IMG/VR virus record: IMGVR_UViG_3300025138_000013
From: a virus
Length of the DNA stretch: 64,000 nucleotides
Strand: one strand, 5' to 3'
Shown here in pieces: positions 48,897-56,321 of the stretch (positions are counted from its first letter, which is position 1; the number at the start of each line of letters is the position of its first letter). The translations under genes and the position numbers were made by a program. The notes beneath the pieces are model-generated. The model did no database searches, was not told the origin of the DNA, and saw nothing but the letters and a program-made list of their open reading frames with translations.

Positions 48897-49769
48897 ATGT
48901 TTGAAGTGATTACGATTAAGACCGATGGTCTAGGTGTTACATCCGAGGATGTTAACAGATTAAAGCTGTCATTAGATAGACAAAGAAGTCTAGACAATGA
49001 TGGAATGTCCATTGCAAGACTATCTTGTTATACCGATGACCCTACAGGTCTCGACGAAGGAATCAGAGTTATCCCACTACTAAAAGACGAGAACATCATT
49101 CACGATGAATGGTATCAAGTTCTATTATGGGATGGTGACATGAAAGGTCTCAGAGAAGAGGCCAAGTGTACATATGTAAATGCAAAAGTTGTTGCACGTA
49201 ATATGTGTACCTCTATTATATACGAAGGACTACCTAACAAAGGTACAACCGACGAATGTAATTTTGAATTCACAGATGAGGAAACTGCATCAATCAAAGA
49301 GAATGAAACATCATTCTTATATCAAGAACGTAACTGGATGGGTGACGGAGATACACAATATTTCCCACACTTCTGTGGTTTCGTACAAGGTGACGGTAAA
49401 TACATCGTTGATAACTTCGTAGCTGACATGGCTGGTATTCAAGAGAAATACGGTTCTAACGTACAACAATATATCGAAGACCAAATTGCAGAGAACAAAG
49501 GAATGGTTCTTAACACTATGCATGGTATGATAGGACAATATCATATCGGTGATGAGTTTGCAAACCTTGAACTCAATAAACTGTATGAAGAGAAAGTCAG
49601 ACCATCATTTGACAACGGAGAATGGAGAGGATTAGGTGGTGACCAACAAGCTAAGTTCATTCACTTTGACCATGAGTATAGAACTATTACTCAACAATGT
49701 TCATTCGTACATTTAAAAGGAGATGCAGACCCGAAATCGGATAGGTATCTCGAACTATGGGTTCTATAA
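48897..49769 (+). CDS. Glycosyltransferase-like protein (divergent)
   Basis: VNRL...CYTDDPTGLDEGIRVIPL...WY pattern of phage GT-A proteins; no clear DxD. Confidence 0.5.
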   Translation: MFEVITIKTDGLGVTSEDVNRLKLSLDRQRSLDNDGMSIARLSCYTDDPTGLDEGIRVIPLLKDENIIHDEWYQVLLWDGDMKGLREEAKCTYVNAKVVARNMCTSIIYEGLPNKGTTDECNFEFTDEETASIKENETSFLYQERNWMGDGDTQYFPHFCGFVQGDGKYIVDNFVADMAGIQEKYGSNVQQYIEDQIAENKGMVLNTMHGMIGQYHIGDEFANLELNKLYEEKVRPSFDNGEWRGLGGDQQAKFIHFDHEYRTITQQCSFVHLKGDADPKSDRYLELWVL

Positions 49770-50467
49770 GACAATCTGAAGATTATCACGTAGTCATCCC
49801 TAAGTTCTATACAGAGAAGGAATGCAAATCAATCTGTGAACTTATATTAGACCTTTCTGACGAGTTAATTCGGGAGCATTCCCCCAACTCGTTAGACCAA
49901 GGTGCAATTGCAAATGGATACACTGGACTCACGTCACTCCATTCAACCTTCAACTGGATACCACTCATAGAAGAGAATCTTGGTATCGACCTTATGACAA
50001 GGTTACTCAACGAAATAGACACAAGGAACACTCGTGACATATTCATCAAGTCATGGTGTAATCACTGGTCTACTGGTGAGGGTATCAAACCACATAGACA
50101 TGCATCTCTAGAGTACGAAGAACTCCAACCCAATGTGTACACCACAATACGAGACCACGAGCCGTACGAATCCATCACGAATAATAACATGATTAGCGGT
50201 AATATATTTCTGAGTAATAACGACCATAGAGAATACGGTACATGGTATTCGGGTAAGGGATGGATAGAGAATATCCGAGGAGACTTACATTTATTCAGTC
50301 CACTTATCGTGCATTCCGTAGACTCCAACACGAGAACGGAACCACGTATGAGTCAAGCATTCGATATACACATAGACGGACACGTATCGGGTAAACACCT
50401 AGAAGACAAGTCTCTCTACAACAAAGCAACCAATCTAAAACACTTCCTACACGTAGAGATTAATTAG
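49757..50467 (+). CDS. 2OG-Fe(II) oxygenase-like protein
   Basis: SWCN..GEGIKPHRH, ISGNIFL, HSVDSN, RMSQAFD. Confidence 0.75.
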   Translation: MGSIRQSEDYHVVIPKFYTEKECKSICELILDLSDELIREHSPNSLDQGAIANGYTGLTSLHSTFNWIPLIEENLGIDLMTRLLNEIDTRNTRDIFIKSWCNHWSTGEGIKPHRHASLEYEELQPNVYTTIRDHEPYESITNNNMISGNIFLSNNDHREYGTWYSGKGWIENIRGDLHLFSPLIVHSVDSNTRTEPRMSQAFDIHIDGHVSGKHLEDKSLYNKATNLKHFLHVEIN

Positions 50468-51056
50468 ACTTCTTCATCCAACCAACCGTACCACATACAT
50501 TCACATTTACAATCCATCGATTGACATCCATATTATTCTGATATGAATGCACAGACCTATCAGAAGGTCTAAACATGTATGCATCATTAACGCCCCACTC
50601 ATGACACCATACACGAGACCGAGAGCTGCCATGAAACATCGTAGGGTCACCCATCTTACTCATAGGAACAAGTATAGTTAACAGCTTCTTACTACCCTTA
50701 TCAGTATGCATGGGATACAACTTAGAGTGAGGGGGAGAACCACGTAGAGATTCATCCGTATATGTGGGTGCATTATCATGATAGAAATCACTAGGAGACC
50801 CTTCTATGTTAGTGAGTGTGTTTACCTTATCCCAGTTATCAAGGAACCATTGAGTCTTTTCTCCAATGAAGTGTGGTAAATCTACTCTGAGTGAGGGGTA
50901 TGCTTCTAAGGGTATGGTAGTATTACCGTAGTGAGAAGACAATCTATGAGACTCTATAACGTCCATCTCTGAGGGGGTGTAGTAGTTAGGAATACGGTAT
51001 ATGTGACCAAAATCGTCTATATCGGGGGTGATTGAATATAATTCAAAGGGTATCAT
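50460..51056 (-). CDS. 2OG-Fe(II) oxygenase-like protein (only credible minus-strand gene)
   Basis: YPMHTD..KLLTILV, SVHSY, RWIVNVN; fills a gap with no + strand ORF. Confidence 0.75.
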   Translation of the reverse strand: MIPFELYSITPDIDDFGHIYRIPNYYTPSEMDVIESHRLSSHYGNTTIPLEAYPSLRVDLPHFIGEKTQWFLDNWDKVNTLTNIEGSPSDFYHDNAPTYTDESLRGSPPHSKLYPMHTDKGSKKLLTILVPMSKMGDPTMFHGSSRSRVWCHEWGVNDAYMFRPSDRSVHSYQNNMDVNRWIVNVNVCGTVGWMKKSN

Positions 51057-51228
51057 GGTGGACTCTAATATAATGTGTGTAGTAGTGTGGTATTGTGTGT
51101 AATAATAATGGTATTTAGTCGGTATGGGAGAAAGTGGAATAAAGTGGGTTTGTGTGCTGTTGTTCGGAGAGGTTAATCACATATTTAGTTTGGAGTCAAT
51201 GGCCCCGAGAGGGTGCAGAGGTACTCAG

Positions 51229-51257
51229 AGTATATCACAGAAAGCCCGTAGTGTCAA
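51229..51257 (-). promoter_or_regulatory. Minus-strand early promoter
   Basis: Reverse complement reads gccTTGACA-N17-TATACT. Confidence 0.65.
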
Positions 51258-51283
51258 GGCACGCAGACCTTCGGCGAGAGGCC

Positions 51284-51313
51284 TTGACAGTGGTATGGCT
51301 TTAGTGGTATACT
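51284..51313 (+). promoter_or_regulatory. Early promoter, divergent partner of 51229-51257
   Basis: gccTTGACA-N18-TATACT. Confidence 0.75.
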
Positions 51314-51321
51314 AGCTGTAT

Positions 51322-51423
51322 ATGATAAAGATACTAAAGAAAAACGGACTGTTGGATGCAGATTTCATTCAAGCACTCCCCCTGTTCATACTCCCTATAC
51401 TATTAAAGGTGCTTGGCGTATGA
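51322..51423 (+). CDS. Small hydrophobic peptide (33 aa)
   Basis: MIKILKKNGLLDADFIQALPLFILPILLKVLGV just after the promoter; ATGA overlap with the next ORF. Confidence 0.5.
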   Translation: MIKILKKNGLLDADFIQALPLFILPILLKVLGV

Positions 51424-51659
51424 TGACTGATATCTACTCTCTTACTGATGAGAACGCTCTACATGGGATTCATATAGCGACAAGCATTCCCTTCTACTGT
51501 ATGTTAACACGTCAAGAGACCATCCTTGCACAGGGTAAGACCAATGAGGATTGGAATGCTATGTGTACGTTGATAGCGTCGAGGACAGGACATGTGATAC
51601 AAGGCCAGATACAAATTGATACATTAACCATAAATGGGGTAGACAGACCCTTCCATTAA
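51420..51659 (+). CDS. Hypothetical protein
   Basis: ORF downstream of an early promoter. Confidence 0.6.
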   Translation: MMTDIYSLTDENALHGIHIATSIPFYCMLTRQETILAQGKTNEDWNAMCTLIASRTGHVIQGQIQIDTLTINGVDRPFH

Positions 51660-51674
51660 TGGTATAATAGAGTA

Positions 51675-51810
51675 TAAGAAACGGAAGTTGAACTGAGAAT
51701 TGTACCGTGGATTGCTTAGAGTTAAGTCTCAGTGGGTTGTTACCGAAAGCACGCGTGGTGATGAGAAGCGCCACCTCTGTATGCCCTGCTACTACGGCAT
51801 CTCCGAGTAG
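51675..51810 (+). ncRNA. Candidate structured small RNA
   Basis: Own promoter TAGACA-N17-TATAAT (51640-51668); stems ACTGAGA/TCTCAGT, GTGGTG/CGCCAC, ATGCC/GGCAT; no credible ORF. Confidence 0.4.
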
Positions 51811-51812
51811 CC

Positions 51813-51841
51813 TTGACAAGAGCATCAAAGTATGTTATAAT
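51813..51841 (+). promoter_or_regulatory. Early promoter
   Basis: TTGACA-N17-TATAAT followed by AGGAG. Confidence 0.7.
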
Positions 51842-51854
51842 AGGAGATACATCT

Positions 51855-52028
51855 ATGAAATGGAATACTGTACACGTATACAGTATTGATACCAAAGTCG
51901 TGAAGATTGATGGTAGTCATACCTTAGCCAAGCGCACAGAGAAACCTGTGAGTCTCTCGGAGGCGCTCAGACTGTGTTCAGAGTTGGAGAGGTACAAACA
52001 CGTAGTAGAGATACGTAGAGCGTCTTAG
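51855..52028 (+). CDS. Small hypothetical protein
   Basis: AGGAG RBS before ATG 51855. Confidence 0.6.
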   Translation: MKWNTVHVYSIDTKVVKIDGSHTLAKRTEKPVSLSEALRLCSELERYKHVVEIRRAS

Positions 52029-52156
52029 AACAGTGCTGTGGGACTCCTAGGGTATTTGGGCAGCAACTCAACCCCCTACCCTAATAGCTCTGTGAGGCAT
52101 TCTAAACAACCACCGAGAATTTTTTTTCGGATAATTTTTTAAGAGGAAATAGTAAA

Positions 52157-52552
52157 ATGATAAAACCAAATATAACACGTAGGTTCTTCCTATGGGTAGT
52201 AGACAGTTGGAACTTAGTGATGAATGTGAGGTATAATCCTCTCAAGTACATACCCGACCCTAGTCTACAAGGATACTTCATGTTAGTATTATTCACTATG
52301 TGGAGTGCATTCTTTGGATTCCTCTGTACATTCTACCTAGGATGGTTAGGTTACAGTATAGTTACCAGTATATTCGTACATGCAGCTGTACTCATTCCTA
52401 TACTCATTACCAATGCAGTCTTTGTAGATGCAGAACGTGATGGTCACAGGTGGTTACAGGAGTGGAGACGTGAACAGAAGGGTTATAAAATCTTTCTACA
52501 GTCTACTCGTAGTGGTGTACGTATATTATGGGACATAGATAAAGAAGCATGA
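52157..52552 (+). CDS. Hypothetical membrane protein
   Basis: YNPLKYIPD...two TMs; GAGG RBS. Confidence 0.75.
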   Translation: MIKPNITRRFFLWVVDSWNLVMNVRYNPLKYIPDPSLQGYFMLVLFTMWSAFFGFLCTFYLGWLGYSIVTSIFVHAAVLIPILITNAVFVDAERDGHRWLQEWRREQKGYKIFLQSTRSGVRILWDIDKEA

Positions 52553-52767
52553 GTGCAAAGACAAGAAGAATACACAGAGAGACTCTTACCACAGTAGGTA
52601 CAGGTCTCCTTATCAACTACCCTACCAATCTATTCTTACTCTACATCTTCTTAGAGGTGCTTGAGTGGGACAGTCCGTTGCATATAGGTACTACCATCAC
52701 TGCAATCATGACCATCATAGCTTATACTAGAGTATTTACGATACGTAGATGGTTTACCAATCATTAA
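52549..52767 (+). CDS. Small two-TM membrane protein
   Basis: ATGA overlap; ...YTRVFTIRRWF. Confidence 0.7.
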   Translation: MSAKTRRIHRETLTTVGTGLLINYPTNLFLLYIFLEVLEWDSPLHIGTTITAIMTIIAYTRVFTIRRWFTNH

Positions 52768-52887
52768 TAGGGGTCTATATGACTCGGGAAGGGGACAGGG
52801 AATCGAACATCACCAAGTCCACAAATACTTACACGACATGCGTGAAACCGTATTCCCATCCCCCCAGTTTTATGGTATAATAGACTT

Positions 52888-53205
52888 ATGATTACAATAC
52901 ATGGTTCAATGAAACACTCGAAGAGTGGACGTAAACGTAAAACCAATGCATGGAAGACACGTACCAAGACTGCAAAGGATTATAATTGGAATACGACTCC
53001 TAGTTCTCTAGAAGTCTCTAGCTCCTATGTGCGTGAGAGTGTATACTATCCGTCGATGACTTCGTCTAAAGAGTCTACAGCGTCTAATACACTAAGTAAA
53101 GAAGAGAGGCAACGTATCTCGTCCGAGTATACCGTTGCACCGTCATATAATAAAGGCGCATACCAAGTCATACCTCGAAATGAGGTCAAACATATAGGGA
53201 GATAA
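52888..53205 (+). CDS. Basic hypothetical protein
   Basis: TATAAT 6 nt upstream; APSYNKGAYQVI motif. Confidence 0.7.
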   Translation: MITIHGSMKHSKSGRKRKTNAWKTRTKTAKDYNWNTTPSSLEVSSSYVRESVYYPSMTSSKESTASNTLSKEERQRISSEYTVAPSYNKGAYQVIPRNEVKHIGR

Positions 53206-53207
53206 GT

Positions 53208-53396
53208 GTGTTAAGTTGGATAATAAGAAAAATAAACAAAGAATTCGAGAGAATGCTTGAACGTGGGATGCAGAGAACTGCAGATAGAATGAATGCAGAA
53301 CATGAAGCAATGTACAATCGAAATAAAGTCCCCTATATAAATGAAATTGGTGCAGACAAACCTTCAAAAGGTAATATAATCGATGAAAGAGTATAA
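53208..53396 (+). CDS. Small hypothetical protein
   Basis: GTG start after GGGAG. Confidence 0.55.
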   Translation: MLSWIIRKINKEFERMLERGMQRTADRMNAEHEAMYNRNKVPYINEIGADKPSKGNIIDERV

Positions 53397-53399
53397 AAT

Positions 53400-53591
53400 A
53401 TGAGAGTACTAGTGGAAAATTATGGGGAAGTAAGAATATTTTCCGATAGACCCTTCGGATATAAGAGATATCATGTGGATTGGAGAGACGGAAGAACTTC
53501 AATGTACAGTGGATTGTGGTATTCAGAGAACAAAGTCAAAGAATTGGTAGAGTCTCAGTTAAATAATAAACAATATATTAAAGGAACCTAA
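53400..53591 (+). CDS. Small hypothetical protein
   Basis: Compact ORF. Confidence 0.65.
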   Translation: MRVLVENYGEVRIFSDRPFGYKRYHVDWRDGRTSMYSGLWYSENKVKELVESQLNNKQYIKGT

Positions 53592-53599
53592 ATAAAACC

Positions 53600-53776
53600 A
53601 TGAGTACAGAATTATATTTAATACATATCGGTTTTATCGTAGCTCTTGTGTGGTCAGTGTACCGTAATGGTAGACGTGCAGGCAGAGAAGATATGGTAAA
53701 TCAACTCATTGAAGATAAACTCGTCCTACCAAAGGACATAATAACATTCTATAAAGCTAATAAAGAAGACTTATAG
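53600..53776 (+). CDS. Small membrane protein (58 aa, not in ORF track)
   Basis: CTAAATA 5 nt upstream; MSTELYLIHIGFIVALVWSVYRNG... Confidence 0.6.
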   Translation: MSTELYLIHIGFIVALVWSVYRNGRRAGREDMVNQLIEDKLVLPKDIITFYKANKEDL

Positions 53777-53794
53777 AAACAACAGGAATATATT

Positions 53795-54994
53795 ATGAGA
53801 ATAATTGGAATTAATTCCAGCCATGACACATCTTTGTGCATCATGGAAGACGGTGAAGTCGTAGAACTCTTTGAAGAAGAGAGAGAACGTAGAGATAAGT
53901 ACTATTCACCCAGTTTAGAAAACCCCGAATTACATGTCGTAGACTCTAAAGGAGTTGCAGACTGTTTAATCAATGAAGACGGAACCCCCTCGGGTGAATT
54001 AGTCTTTGCATCATTCGATAGACGTGTGTGTGAAATACAGATGGACAAAGACTATCTTATGAAAAATCGTATGGTTGCAGAAGAGTTTGCAGCTGCACTC
54101 AGTAAAGAACAGTTAACTCTTAAGAGACTTCAAGAGATAGGAGAAGAGTTTCCTAAAGTATCTCTCAAACAAGACTGGCACGAAGATATGGATGAAACTA
54201 TACACGATGCAATGTGTAAACAGTTTCATGAGGTAAAAGAATATCATTTCGATACGGAACATCATATGTATCATGCATACAGTGGTTACTTCCTTAGTCC
54301 TTTCTTTGAGAAGGGTGAGGATGCAATGGCCATCGCATGGGACGGTGGTGGTGCAAAGTGTTTTCATGAAGAGTATCCGAACTACCAAGAGATTGAATCC
54401 ATTTGGAAATGTTCCTTCGAGGATAAAACAGTCACCCCCCAGTGGAAGAAGATGTCTAATCACCGTGAGTTAGGTTCCCTTGCAAGTAAGTATTTCCCTA
54501 ACATGTACTATGATTCAGCACATTGTATAACAGACCTTAAGGTCAATGATGAGTCTACTCGTAATATCGATACAGTGTTCACTAGCTTCCCTTCTAGCGG
54601 TATGAACTTCAGTAACATGAGTTATGCCTTCGGTGCAGATGCTCATGGACGTGCAGCGGGTAAGGTGATGGGTATGGCATCATACGGAAGACTACTACCC
54701 GATAGACCCGACAGGTTTGATAGACATATCGTTGCACAAATGTGTGAGGAAGAATCATTTAAGAATGCATGTAATGTTATTCGACGTGCAATGGAATTAA
54801 ATCCCGACTGTAAGAACTTAGTACTCAGTGGTGGGTTCTCATTAAACTGTACAAACAATTACAGATACCTACAAGAGTTCCCCGAATTAAATATATTTGT
54901 TGACCCTGTACCCCATGATGGTGGTACTGCAGTGGGAGCTGCATTTTGGTTACATTATTATAATCAATCTCAACAGGAGACTACAAATGATTAA
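53795..54994 (+). CDS. Carbamoyltransferase N-terminal (Kae1-like) subunit
   Basis: IIGINSSHDTS, EEER, EHHMYHAYS, WDGGG, GKVMGMASYG, LSGGFSLNC, HDGGTAVG. Confidence 0.9.
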   Translation: MRIIGINSSHDTSLCIMEDGEVVELFEEERERRDKYYSPSLENPELHVVDSKGVADCLINEDGTPSGELVFASFDRRVCEIQMDKDYLMKNRMVAEEFAAALSKEQLTLKRLQEIGEEFPKVSLKQDWHEDMDETIHDAMCKQFHEVKEYHFDTEHHMYHAYSGYFLSPFFEKGEDAMAIAWDGGGAKCFHEEYPNYQEIESIWKCSFEDKTVTPQWKKMSNHRELGSLASKYFPNMYYDSAHCITDLKVNDESTRNIDTVFTSFPSSGMNFSNMSYAFGADAHGRAAGKVMGMASYGRLLPDRPDRFDRHIVAQMCEEESFKNACNVIRRAMELNPDCKNLVLSGGFSLNCTNNYRYLQEFPELNIFVDPVPHDGGTAVGAAFWLHYYNQSQQETTND

Positions 54995-55625
54995 AGCAGA
55001 AGTTATAAGAGACCAAGACCAAGTAATAGAATTACTTACAGATAAACAGCAGGTTATTGGTATGTTTCAAAACGGTTCCGAATGGGGCCCACGTGCATTA
55101 GGTAATCGTTCAATATTATTTGACCCTACTAATCCAAATGCAAAACAAATTGTTAATACAATTAAGAAGAGAGAATATTACAGACCATTTGCTGGTACTG
55201 TATTAAAAGAACATGCACATGAATATTTTAAAATGTTGCAGTTAGAAGAGTCTCCTTATATGTCGTTTGCAATTCAATGTAAGAAGAAAGCATACGAAGA
55301 GATTCCTGCTATTGTTCATGCAGATGGTACATGTAGAATTCAAACAGTTACAGAAGAACAAAATAAAAATTATTATAATTTAATTAAAGCATTAGGTGAA
55401 AAGAATGGCACCCCTATTATATTTAATACATCATTTAATTTAGGTGGTGAAGCTTTAGTAGAAACTATCTTTGATGCAATTGATACATGTAACCGTTCAG
55501 ATATTAATTATCTCTATGTACCCGAAGACCAAACTGGAGATATACCTTATGAATTATTTAAACCGAAAAAAGATAAACATGATAACGACGCTAATGACCA
55601 CGGCGTATGGGAGTCTGAAGTATAA
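54987..55625 (+). CDS. Carbamoyltransferase C-terminal (YrdC-like) subunit
   Basis: SEWGPRALGNRSIL, KKREYYRPFA, HADGTCRIQTV, NTSFNLGGE; own AGGAG RBS. Confidence 0.9.
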   Translation: MIKAEVIRDQDQVIELLTDKQQVIGMFQNGSEWGPRALGNRSILFDPTNPNAKQIVNTIKKREYYRPFAGTVLKEHAHEYFKMLQLEESPYMSFAIQCKKKAYEEIPAIVHADGTCRIQTVTEEQNKNYYNLIKALGEKNGTPIIFNTSFNLGGEALVETIFDAIDTCNRSDINYLYVPEDQTGDIPYELFKPKKDKHDNDANDHGVWESEV

Positions 55626-55628
55626 ATA
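55621..55628 (+). promoter_or_regulatory. T4 late promoter TATAAATA
   Basis: Exact consensus; ATG 5 nt downstream. Confidence 0.7.
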
Positions 55629-55633
55629 CTTCT

Positions 55634-55960
55634 ATGATAGAAGTTACAGACATTGCCATAGCAAAACTTATAGAAAAACAAGTAGACAAAGTTAGACTAG
55701 GAGTTACAGGTGGTGGTTGCAGTGGATACGAATATGTTTTCATCCGTGACGAATATCAAGACGGTGACCTAGAAATAGATTACGGTAAGTTTAAATTTTT
55801 AATAGATACAATGAGTCAACCGTTTTTAAATGGTATGACTTTAGATTATGAACAACAGGGATTGAATGAGACGTTCACGTTTCAGAATCCAAATGAAGAA
55901 GCCAGTTGTGGTTGTGGAGTGAGTATTACATTTAATGAAGACATCGTCAGCAAAAGCTAA
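55634..55960 (+). CDS. iscA: A-type Fe-S carrier IscA/HesB
   Basis: RLGVTGGGCSGYEY, F.NPN...SCGCGVS. Confidence 0.93.
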   Translation: MIEVTDIAIAKLIEKQVDKVRLGVTGGGCSGYEYVFIRDEYQDGDLEIDYGKFKFLIDTMSQPFLNGMTLDYEQQGLNETFTFQNPNEEASCGCGVSITFNEDIVSKS

Positions 55961-56321
55961 AGGTCGTAAACTACAACAGTGGTTTAGAGATTTACTCGTA
56001 GAGAAGTTAGACCTAGACCCCGAAGATTCAGAGTCTAGACCTATGGGTTCTCAAGGCGAGGATATTATATTAGGGACAGAATCTAGAAAACAATTCCCTT
56101 ATAGTATTGAATGTAAGAATCAAGAAGCTGTGAATGTGTGGAATGCATATGCACAAGCAGAAAGTAATTGTGGTAAGTATGAACCAATAGTCTGTATTAA
56201 AAGAAACAGACATAAACCTTTGGTGATAGTTGATGCAGAATACTTTGTAGGATTGCATAAGAAAGAACTAACATCATTACAAGAACAAGCACTAAGTGTA
56301 GGATTAAAAATAAAGGGATGA
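55935..56321 (+). CDS. PD-(D/E)xK endonuclease (Holliday-junction resolvase-like)
   Basis: SAKAKGR, MGSQGEDI, SIECKNQE. Confidence 0.75.
   Translation: MKTSSAKAKGRKLQQWFRDLLVEKLDLDPEDSESRPMGSQGEDIILGTESRKQFPYSIECKNQEAVNVWNAYAQAESNCGKYEPIVCIKRNRHKPLVIVDAEYFVGLHKKELTSLQEQALSVGLKIKG

Noticed and set aside
51124-51315. 63-aa + strand ORF across the divergent promoters
   Set aside because: No SD, atypical composition, and it overlaps two promoter elements; treated as non-coding.
51740-51775. Possible hammerhead ribozyme (GAAA and TGATGAG nearby)
   Set aside because: Lacks the C of CUGAUGA, and the stems do not assemble into the hammerhead topology.
54960-55000. Frameshift or pseudogene interpretation of the split carbamoyltransferase
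   Set aside because: The second ORF has its own AGGAG SD and ATG, and the break falls at the domain boundary.
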